A stretch of 64,000 bases of DNA from a virus (IMGVR_UViG_3300010373_000001:32001-96000), one strand, 5' to 3'. Shown: positions 40,858 through 47,727, counted from the stretch's first letter. Translations and numbers: made by a program. Notes: generated by a model from the sequence alone, not told the origin.

Positions 40858-41208
40858 CTACTTGATTCCGCCGTTACGGAATACCAGTTCCAGATCGCCG
40901 TAAGCTCTCACAGCGTCAATGTATGAAACTGCAAACACTCCGCTAACGCCGGTACGACGGTGAAACTGTCCCTTGGCAAGAACGTGATAGACAACATCAC
41001 CCTTCTTGGAAACCCACACATCACCAGACTCCGGAGGCCAGTACTTAGGGCCACCTGAAACAGTAGTAACACTGCTGCTATCGGTGAGACTAACCTTATG
41101 AGTCCTTCCGGCAGAAGTCTTGACAACCGCCTTACCGTCAAGGTCGATGCTGTCAACAATCCCTTCAAACTTGACGCTAACGACTGAACCGAGCCTAGGT
41201 GTAGTCAT
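40858..41208 (-). CDS. Hypothetical protein, WPP family paralog
   Basis: YWPPESGDVW...LELVFR. Confidence 0.6.
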   Translation of the reverse strand: MTTPRLGSVVSVKFEGIVDSIDLDGKAVVKTSAGRTHKVSLTDSSSVTTVSGGPKYWPPESGDVWVSKKGDVVYHVLAKGQFHRRTGVSGVFAVSYIDAVRAYGDLELVFRNGGIK

Positions 41209-41249
41209 TTGTGCCCTCCTTTTTCCCGCGATCCCTTGCGACGGGGACT

Positions 41250-41278
41250 ACCCTACCACAAGGGGCCACTCATGTCAA
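41250..41278 (-). promoter_or_regulatory. Sigma70-type promoter
   Basis: TTGACA-N17-TAGGGT. Confidence 0.6.
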
Positions 41279-41285
41279 TAGTTCC

Positions 41286-41330
41286 GGAAAAGAAAAAAGA
41301 GACGGTTATGCCGTCTCTTTTTTCTTTTCC
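41286..41330 (-). terminator. Intrinsic terminator after Ro60 gene
   Basis: Perfect 20-bp inverted repeat with U-tracts on both strands. Confidence 0.8.
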
Positions 41331-41345
41331 CCCGGCCTTACGTGC

Positions 41346-42974
41346 TCACTTCTCCCACGGCCATGCGGCACTATGAGAACGCTCGATAAGATCCATCATC
41401 TTGAACGCGCTATCAGTCAGACCAGCCAACTGATGCCTCCTGCCATTTCCGCTAGGAATGTCTCCCTGAGCGTACCCTGACAGATCGAAAGCGTATAGGT
41501 AAGTGCTTTCGGGAACAGAGTCACTTACGTTACCTCCGTAACCGTACCCACCATAGCTACGGCTTCCCATTGACTGCATGTCAGTGAATACCACTGCCCT
41601 CTTGGTAGATGGGCTAGTAGTAGTTCTGATTGATTCAGCAGTGTTGGTGCCGTGGCCAACCGCACCGATCATACGGTTAACCTTCTCAATCTGCCTTAGC
41701 AGTGAGCCGCCACGCTCTACCTTTACTTCCCTTACGTTGTCAGCGAAGATGAACAGTCTGCTGTCCGGGTTTCTCATTGCCGTAGCAATACCGAACAACG
41801 CCCCTGCTTCTGCTCTTCTGATGCTGCTCTTGTTAGACATACCCGTATCCATTGACGCCGAAGTGTCAACGTATACGTCAGTTCTGCCGTTAAGCAGCGG
41901 AATGTTTCCTACTGACAGTGTTAGGGCTTCCTCAAGAGAGTGAGCCCATGCTGTGCTGGAAGCATTCTTGTAAGCTGACCAGTAGCGGAATGGGAACTGC
42001 CTGCCCCTAGCAACAATCTCAGGGTTGCACAGATCAGCCTGTACCTTAGCAATAGTTGCCTTAGATACACCAGCCTCCTGCATGTTCCTCAGGTTTCTCA
42101 GCATAGCCATGTGGCCAACTGATCCGCCCATGATAAGAGCATCCCACAGCTTACCCTTGTCCAGCTTAGAACCGGCAAGAGATAGCGCATCTTCCCACGT
42201 CATACCCGCAAACTTCAGGGATGAAGGATCAAGCAGAACGCTAGGATCACTCGCAGCCTGAGCGCGAAGATCAGCGTTGAACCTGATCATAGGAAGGTTA
42301 GACAAATCGAAGTCTGCCTCGTTTCCGTAACGACGGGTCATAGCGTAACGGTACAGATCACTCTGACTATCCACGCCAAAGGTTCTTGGGTGAGTCATCT
42401 GAATAACGTCACCGAAACGCCACCCCTTAGAAGAGGTGTCGTACTTAAGAAGAGAGTACTCGTTGAACAGCCTGTTAGCTGCGTCAGCAAGACCTCTCTT
42501 AACAGCAGAAGGAATAGTCCTGCCGAACTTCTCAGTCCAGTAGGCAGCCAATTCCCCCGGCTCGTCTGCACGCTGGGGAACAGCACTGATAAACAGCCTG
42601 TTCATACCCTTCTCGCCGCGCTCAATAGAACCATCTTCAACACCAGCCGCTAGTCTTGCGTGTACAGCATGAGCCGCACCCATAAGAGAAGCAGTTCTGA
42701 TGTTACCTTCCTGACGTAGCCACCTTAGGAAACTCAGCAGCCATGCAGGATCAGTGATAGCAATCTGCTCAACTAGAGCAGTAAATCTCTTGTCGCGGGA
42801 CTTACCACTCTCGTAGAAAGTATCTTCTCCCGCGAACATGTTAACGCCAAGGCGGAACAGTTCACCATAGGCGTCATTGACATAACCAGTCCCGCCCTCA
42901 TAAGTAACCGCAGGGCCAACCGTCGTAATTGGTGACGTAGCCGTAACGATCTTCTTGGTGTTCAGTCTTGACAT
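41346..42974 (-). CDS. rsr: Ro60/Rsr ortholog (TROVE domain plus vWA domain), 542 aa
   Basis: DTFYE, R..GNIR, QRADE, DVI.M.HP, TWE, MAMLRNLRN, QFPFRY..AY, MIDAS DTSASM...GT...FTD.Q; start at MSRLN with GGAGG RBS. Confidence 0.92.
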   Translation of the reverse strand: MSRLNTKKIVTATSPITTVGPAVTYEGGTGYVNDAYGELFRLGVNMFAGEDTFYESGKSRDKRFTALVEQIAITDPAWLLSFLRWLRQEGNIRTASLMGAAHAVHARLAAGVEDGSIERGEKGMNRLFISAVPQRADEPGELAAYWTEKFGRTIPSAVKRGLADAANRLFNEYSLLKYDTSSKGWRFGDVIQMTHPRTFGVDSQSDLYRYAMTRRYGNEADFDLSNLPMIRFNADLRAQAASDPSVLLDPSSLKFAGMTWEDALSLAGSKLDKGKLWDALIMGGSVGHMAMLRNLRNMQEAGVSKATIAKVQADLCNPEIVARGRQFPFRYWSAYKNASSTAWAHSLEEALTLSVGNIPLLNGRTDVYVDTSASMDTGMSNKSSIRRAEAGALFGIATAMRNPDSRLFIFADNVREVKVERGGSLLRQIEKVNRMIGAVGHGTNTAESIRTTTSPSTKRAVVFTDMQSMGSRSYGGYGYGGNVSDSVPESTYLYAFDLSGYAQGDIPSGNGRRHQLAGLTDSAFKMMDLIERSHSAAWPWEK

Positions 42975-43065
42975 TGTTACCTCCATAGATAACTGAAGCC
43001 ACTGTCTGAGCAGCTTCATTGACAATCTGGTCACATAAAACTGCCACATTCAGTGGCTTGAAAGG

Positions 43066-43146
43066 ACCAGAGAAATAATCGAATACAGTATCTTGTGTTA
43101 TTTGATAGTTGTAAATAGTGAAGTAACTGTATTCTTCGCATCTGGT
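43066..43146 (-). ncRNA. Y-RNA-like scaffold copy 1 (short A/U-rich insert)
   Basis: accAGA-TGCGAA-GAATACAG-TTACTTC...CTGTATTC-GATTATTTC-TCTggt. Confidence 0.75.
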
Positions 43147-43165
43147 ATAAATATTTAAATGTAGA

Positions 43166-43294
43166 GCCTGAGAAAAAATTTAGCGGCCGGAAATGAGATG
43201 TTATCTCATGCGGGCTCCACGCCCAGCATCGCCGTGATTGGTGGCGATGAATAGAATCGAACTATTGAAGTATCCGTTTGCATTCACTTCAGGC
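43166..43294 (-). ncRNA. Y-RNA-like copy 2 with tRNA permuted at the variable loop
   Basis: Scaffold enclosing T arm, catcgcc-A-CCA-atcac-ggcgatg acceptor, D arm, anticodon arm atgag-ATAACAT-ctcat. Confidence 0.75.
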
Positions 43295-43303
43295 AAACTT
43301 TGA

Positions 43304-43445
43304 TGGCTTAGAGAAAAAGTCGGAGTCAGAAATTTTTAGCGCTCTGCCAACTGAGCTATACCCCGGTGTTGTCGGGGCAACAGGATTCGAACCTGTGACC
43401 TCTCGTTCCCAATACGAAGTAACTGTTTCCTGCACTTCTAAGCCA
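43304..43445 (-). ncRNA. Y-RNA-like copy 3 with tRNA-Pro(TGG) permuted at the D/anticodon junction
   Basis: ttcgt-ATTGGGA-acgag, aggtc, T arm, tgccccg-a-caacac-cggggta, D arm gctc-agttggca-gagc. Confidence 0.8.
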
Positions 43446-43452
43446 AGATTTA

Positions 43453-43592
43453 TGTTCTGAGAAATAGTCTAGTACGGTGTCTTATGGGCAGGCACTCTAC
43501 CAATTGAGTTACAAGAGTCTATGACTCCAGACAGGATTCGAACCCGCAGCTTCCTGCTATACGGAAGTATCCGTGCTATTCACATCAGAACA
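43453..43592 (-). ncRNA. Y-RNA-like copy 4, YrlA-type topology (opened in the anticodon loop)
   Basis: gcagg, T arm, loop-closed acceptor, D arm actc-aattggta-gagt, cctgc inside the scaffold. Confidence 0.8.
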
Positions 43593-43599
43593 AAACTAG

Positions 43600-43708
43600 T
43601 ATCAGAGGAAAAGTCGAAAACGGAAAAGGCACCAGCCCATATACCAGGGAATCGAACCCTTGGTACTCGATTGTTGGAGAGAAGTAACCGTTCTCTTCAC
43701 ATCTGATA
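43600..43708 (-). ncRNA. Y-RNA-like copy 5 with T-loop hairpin insert
   Basis: Scaffold GAGAACGG/CCGTTTTC; insert taccaaggg-TTCGATT-ccctggta. Confidence 0.72.
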
Positions 43709-43711
43709 TAG

Positions 43712-43783
43712 AGACACCTACTGGATTCGAACCAGCGTAACAGGTTTTGCAGACCCGTACCTAAACCACTCGGTCAAGGTGCC
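43712..43783 (-). tRNA. tRNA-Cys(GCA)
   Basis: Loop CTGCAAA, U73. Confidence 0.92.
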
Positions 43784-43791
43784 GTAAAGAG

Positions 43792-43943
43792 TGTGCTAGA
43801 GGAAAGCTAAAGAGAGTGGAATATCTATTTCATTTCACTACCGGCTGTTGCCAGCCGACTTGGACTCGAACCAAGAATTATTAATTTACAGTTAATTGTG
43901 TTTACCTTTTAAGAAGTAACCCTCAACAAACACTTCTAGCACA
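43792..43943 (-). ncRNA. Y-RNA-like copy 6 with GTA-anticodon tRNA permuted in the D loop
   Basis: ggtaaa-cac, attaa-CTGTAAA-ttaat, T arm, tcggctg-GCAA-cagccgg, ta-gtg. Confidence 0.75.
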
Positions 43944-43956
43944 TTCAGTTATATGC

Positions 43957-44070
43957 CCAGAGGAACAAACTTGATCAGGGAAATTTCGACCTCCGGGCTA
44001 TGAACCCGGCGCTCTATCTGAGCTAATGCGCAAATGCTGCGTATGAAGTACCTGTTCAATTCACTTCTGG
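43957..44070 (-). ncRNA. Y-RNA-like copy 7 with CAT-anticodon tRNA permuted in the T loop
   Basis: acttc, atacgca-gcatt-tgcgcat, gctc-agata-gagc, ccggg-TTCATAG-cccgg, aggtc, gaaat. Confidence 0.75.
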
Positions 44071-44076
44071 AACTAG

Positions 44077-44149
44077 TAGTCAGTCTGAGATTCGAACTCA
44101 GGAACCCTAGCTTATGAGACTAGTGCCCTATGCCTCTGGCTTACCGACT
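44077..44149 (-). tRNA. tRNA-Met/Ile2(CAT), elongator-type
   Basis: Loop CTCATAA. Confidence 0.85.
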
Positions 44150-44153
44150 TTAT

Positions 44154-44376
44154 ATGGCTAGTTTCCCTCCATAGCCGGGGAGTGATAGAAGGGGCTGTCT
44201 GCCCTTAATCCGGAGAACAGAGTTGACATTGTATCCGGAAACTACGTAATGGCGCTACCCATATCTAATCTCAGAGTGGCCCCTGACTGTTATCCTTTAT
44301 CCCTCACCAGTTGGCCTTGGAAACAAAGGGCACTAGATTTACGTATACTTTATGGCCCAGCCTGTTCTGTAGCCAT
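44154..44376 (-). ncRNA. Candidate ~220-nt structured RNA inside the Y array
   Basis: Terminal atggcta/tagccat stem plus several long-range complementarities; no credible ORF. Confidence 0.45.
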
Positions 44377-44467
44377 TATTCAGTCACTATCTACAACTCT
44401 CCGTCGAGAGTTGTTAGTGATGGTAACAGTTCTGACACTGTTACCACCTTGGACGGACCAACAATTG

Positions 44468-44539
44468 TCCAGAGGAAATGCCGGTATTAGTTTACGTGTC
44501 CGTCCTGGCGTTGAAGTAACTAAAACCTTCACATCTGGA
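44468..44539 (-). ncRNA. Y-RNA-like scaffold copy 8 (minimal insert)
   Basis: tccAGA-TGTGAA-GGTTTTAG-TTACTTC...CTAATACC-GGCATTTCC-TCTgga. Confidence 0.72.
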
Positions 44540-44545
44540 ACTTAG

Positions 44546-44619
44546 TTGCGGAGACAGGATTTGAACCTGTGACCTCTGGGTTATGAGCCCAACGAGCTAC
44601 CGAACTGCTCCACTCCGCG
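44546..44619 (-). tRNA. tRNA-fMet(CAT), initiator
   Basis: C1:A72 mismatch, GGG/CCC anticodon stem. Confidence 0.93.
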
Positions 44620-44629
44620 TTGAATTAGA

Positions 44630-44698
44630 ATCAGAGAAATAATCGTTAAGGGTATTTTTTTCTGCTTAAAAGAAGTATCCCGTAACTGCGCTTCTGAT
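44630..44698 (-). ncRNA. Y-RNA-like scaffold copy 9 (minimal insert)
   Basis: atcAGA-AGCGCA-GTTACGGG-ATACTTC...CCCTTAAC-GATTATTTC-TCTgat. Confidence 0.72.
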
Positions 44699-44703
44699 CA
44701 CAG

Positions 44704-44777
44704 TACTCCTAGAGGGATTCGAACCCTACGCTGCCACCTTGAAAGGGAGGTGTCCTTGGCCGCTAGACGATAGGAGC
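44704..44777 (-). tRNA. tRNA-Glu(TTC)
   Basis: Loop CTTTCAA. Confidence 0.9.
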
Positions 44778-44835
44778 TTATTAGCCGGGCCGAGATTTTC
44801 ATGGGCAAACCAACGTGTCTCGGCCCGACTCTTAC

Positions 44836-44864
44836 AGAGTACCACAGGGGAGCGTCCCTGTCAA
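44836..44864 (-). promoter_or_regulatory. Sigma70-type promoter driving the tRNA/Y-RNA/Ro60 unit
   Basis: TTGACA-N17-TACTCT. Confidence 0.7.
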
Positions 44865-44896
44865 GACCCCGCGTTAAACTATTTTAAAGCTATTTT

Positions 44897-45457
44897 TCAC
44901 TGTCCACCCGGAGTGAACCTCTGGAACCAGCCTGATAGCTGGTCACCAGCAAAGGCAAACTGACTGCCGTTGTTCAAACCGGATAGATCGATCAGGCTAT
45001 TACCGTTTGCCTGAGTTGCCGCTCTGTTAATGAATACGTCTGCACCATTCCTGGTTGTCAGCGGGAATACTACTCCGTGACCACCATTGCAGTGATCCAT
45101 AACGGCAGAGGTATTGCTACTGTTTCCACCTACACACCAGCCGGTGTGCTCCTGCCACTGCAAATTACCATTCTCGTAGGTAACACCCTTGAAAGTAAAG
45201 GTAGTACCGATATCATGCCACTGAATATCAGTGGCAGGACCGAATACTCCCTGAGAACCTTCTACTACCGGGTTACCTACTGATTCCAGGTTATTTGAAT
45301 CGCGGATCAGGAAATTACCTGAAGTCTCATTCAGAACGAATACAACGTCTGGGTGAGGCTTATGTGTTGCTGGTGCAGTTGAACTTGCTGCTGCTACACC
45401 ACCTGCTGAGAGCAAGATAGTAGCAGATGTTGCAATTAATGCTAGTAGTCTGCGCAT
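44897..45457 (-). CDS. Secreted protein, possibly ricin-B-lectin-like
   Basis: Signal peptide; GWCV...MDHC; FQRF end. Confidence 0.55.
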   Translation of the reverse strand: MRRLLALIATSATILLSAGGVAAASSTAPATHKPHPDVVFVLNETSGNFLIRDSNNLESVGNPVVEGSQGVFGPATDIQWHDIGTTFTFKGVTYENGNLQWQEHTGWCVGGNSSNTSAVMDHCNGGHGVVFPLTTRNGADVFINRAATQANGNSLIDLSGLNNGSQFAFAGDQLSGWFQRFTPGGQ

Positions 45458-45484
45458 TATTCTCCTGTTATTCTTTTTCTTTAA

Positions 45485-45961
45485 TCAGCCTGTAGAAGTT
45501 GACGCCAGAATCAGAAGGCCGTTCTTGGAAACAGGAATCACCATTACCGGCTGCGGATAAGCCACAGTTGGTGAGGCAGTTGTGTAACCTGGAACATCAA
45601 TCTTGATTGGCGTAACTCCTGAGTTACCTGTTCCCGGTGCGGGAATCAGGGTAACAATGTAGCCACCATACTGTGTGTGGCCCAGACTGTCTACATAGGT
45701 AAGCTGCTGGATAGTCTTAAGGGTAGGAAGAACAATAGTTCCGCCTGACGAACCGCCACCAGTTCCGTTGTCAGATCCGAAAATCTTTACGGGAACTACG
45801 CCCTCTTTATCGATGACACCTACAACATACTGTGTACCACCCTGAGTGAACAGTCCATTGGTAAACGTGAACGTTGCAGCATCAGTCGGAGTACCAGCAG
45901 TTACCTGAAATGTGCTGTTAACTTCAGGATAACCGGCAAGAGACGCTACTGAAAGAGCCAT
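45485..45961 (-). CDS. Hypothetical protein (paralog of 48534-48854)
   Basis: GG.QYVVG.ID, GGY.V...P, V...G..I.AS shared motifs. Confidence 0.55.
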   Translation of the reverse strand: MALSVASLAGYPEVNSTFQVTAGTPTDAATFTFTNGLFTQGGTQYVVGVIDKEGVVPVKIFGSDNGTGGGSSGGTIVLPTLKTIQQLTYVDSLGHTQYGGYIVTLIPAPGTGNSGVTPIKIDVPGYTTASPTVAYPQPVMVIPVSKNGLLILASTSTG

Positions 45962-46026
45962 TTTAAGCTCCTAGAACTAGGAATTATTTACACTCCCAGT
46001 ATACATGGAGATATAGGCTCTTTCAA

Positions 46027-47028
46027 TTAAGCGGTAAGGATCAGCGCTCTGGTCCCTGCAATCAGTTTCCTGTTAGGTGCGGTGCTTTCCACAAAGATTG
46101 TGTAAGGATAGTTCTCAGGGATTACCTTTACAGATTCGTCGTCTGGCAAACCCAGGACTCGCCTGATTTCCCTGTACCCGATATACACACGGCCATCGAA
46201 CAGAATAGCAATTCTCTTCTGAGACTGAATTATCTCAGGCTTGCTTAGCTGGTAGAACACCATGCCTACATGGAATGGCAGACCGTTATCTCTTACGAAA
46301 TCATCTGCTCTTGAGTCTGATAGCACGCCTCTTAGCGCGAAATCCTGCGGCATAAGAGGTGTCATTGTGCTGAGGATGTCATCAGGAGTAAGGGTGTTCA
46401 GCTTGAACAGCGACCTTGAACCGCGAATACCAACCTTACGGTTCTGCATAAAGGTTTCAGTTGTGCGGCGGATAGTTTCGCCCGCCTCAGCAATACCCTT
46501 AACTGAAGTAGCATCCCAGACTTCTACGTTGTCTGCCGGGAAACCAAATCTCTTAGCCTCAAACTTGCCATCCTGGTTCGGCACAAACGCCGCAATAGTC
46601 CAGTGATCAGGCAAACCATCAATAGTGTTCTTCAGATCATATGATCTTGCGGCACTGTTATTCTCCTGACCATCGGTCAGTACGTAGATAAGAAATGCGT
46701 GCTCGCCGTACTTCTCAGGAGTCATCTTCAGGTCATTGATGGCAAGAAGCGTGGCATCAATAAGAGCAGTCTGGCTCATAACCCGGTAAAGGGATTTGAT
46801 ACTTGGCATTCTCAGCACATCTTTGTCATAGATCAGGCAGTAGATTTCTCTCCTGTTGCTGAACATATAGACTGTGACGCGAGTTTCCTGATCAAGATCC
46901 TTAGATCTTTGCGCAAGGTATGCAATCTGATTGTCAGCTACCTTGACTAATTCGGCCTCACGGCCTTTCATACTGAAACTGGCATCCAGTACCAGCACGA
47001 TATGATTGATAATGTTTGCTGGTTGCAA
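46027..47028 (-). CDS. vWA-domain protein
   Basis: LVLDASFSM, TALIDA, VLTDGQEN.S MIDAS motifs; TTG start with GGAGG. Confidence 0.85.
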   Translation of the reverse strand: MQPANIINHIVLVLDASFSMKGREAELVKVADNQIAYLAQRSKDLDQETRVTVYMFSNRREIYCLIYDKDVLRMPSIKSLYRVMSQTALIDATLLAINDLKMTPEKYGEHAFLIYVLTDGQENNSAARSYDLKNTIDGLPDHWTIAAFVPNQDGKFEAKRFGFPADNVEVWDATSVKGIAEAGETIRRTTETFMQNRKVGIRGSRSLFKLNTLTPDDILSTMTPLMPQDFALRGVLSDSRADDFVRDNGLPFHVGMVFYQLSKPEIIQSQKRIAILFDGRVYIGYREIRRVLGLPDDESVKVIPENYPYTIFVESTAPNRKLIAGTRALILTA

Positions 47029-47056
47029 AATACCCTCCAGTAATTGTTTAACAAAG

Positions 47057-47127
47057 AGTGACTAGCGGGATTTGAACCCACGAGAACGACATGGCAAGCC
47101 GTTATGTTACCGCTACATCATAGTCAC
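47057..47127 (-). tRNA. tRNA-Gly(GCC)
   Basis: Loop TTGCCAT. Confidence 0.9.
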
Positions 47128-47270
47128 GTAATCGGAAGAGACTTCCTATTGCTCCACCTGTATAGTCTGCTTCAGTGAAGTCAATCCGAAAGCCCCTGAC
47201 GTATGTTTCCGGGCAGACCGTGGAAACCCCATATCAGTTTACTTCCTGAAGAGTTAGCTAAACTCTTTTG

Positions 47271-47343
47271 TAGCTCTGGTCGGATTCGAACCGACACTGA
47301 GGGAATTTTAAGTTCCGTTCCTCTGCCATTGGGATACAGAGCC
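47271..47343 (-). tRNA. tRNA-Leu(TAA), short variable arm
   Basis: Loop CTTAAAA. Confidence 0.88.
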
Positions 47344-47410
47344 TAAGCGGGAAAGAGGGCGACTACCAATGGTGTTAGCCATTTCCCTAGGAGTTAATTA
47401 GGCTCCCTTG

Positions 47411-47483
47411 TAGCCACTGTCAGACTTGAACTGACACTGTTTGGGTTTTGAATCCAATGCCTCTGCCGTTGGGCTAAGTGGCC
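47411..47483 (-). tRNA. tRNA-Leu(CAA), short variable arm
   Basis: Loop TTCAAAA. Confidence 0.88.
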
Positions 47484-47727
47484 TTAGCTGAAATAAGAGA
47501 TACCGATGAACATGAAGATCAGGAAGCAAACTAACCACAGAGCCCTACTCCAGTAGAGCGCTTCCTCTTCTATGCTATCTTTCTTATCAGCCATGTGCTA
47601 ATTATACTCTAGTGCGATGCTATGTAAGCCCAGCCCGCCAGGATTGTGACTACGATAGCAAAACCTAACCAGATAACTGCTACTACCGGATCATAGTCTT
47701 TCTTGCTATCCGCCATACCTACTCCTG

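Noticed and set aside
42975-43049. N-terminal extension of Ro60 in the ORF track
   Set aside because: The GGAGG RBS supports ATG at 42974, and the extension overlaps a structured leader.
43066-43146. Plus-strand ACCAGAGAAA resembles hairpin ribozyme loop B
   Set aside because: The partner GUAUAUUAC strand and loop A are absent, and the promoter, tRNAs and Ro60 all indicate minus-strand transcription.
43323-43575. Calling copies 3 and 4 ordinary or pseudo tRNA genes
   Set aside because: Arm order is permuted (T arm precedes D arm on the transcribed strand) and they sit inside the conserved scaffold.
43066-44698. CRISPR-array reading of the repeated motif
   Set aside because: Repeats are bipartite and structurally covarying rather than identical, inserts range from ~20 to 100 nt and are tRNA-like, and no cas genes are present.
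43278-44963. Short plus-strand ORFs over the Y/tRNA array (likewise ORFs at 50048, 51960, 52365, 53195, 53299, 54504)
   Set aside because: They overlap tRNAs or structured RNAs, mostly antisense, and lack protein-like features.
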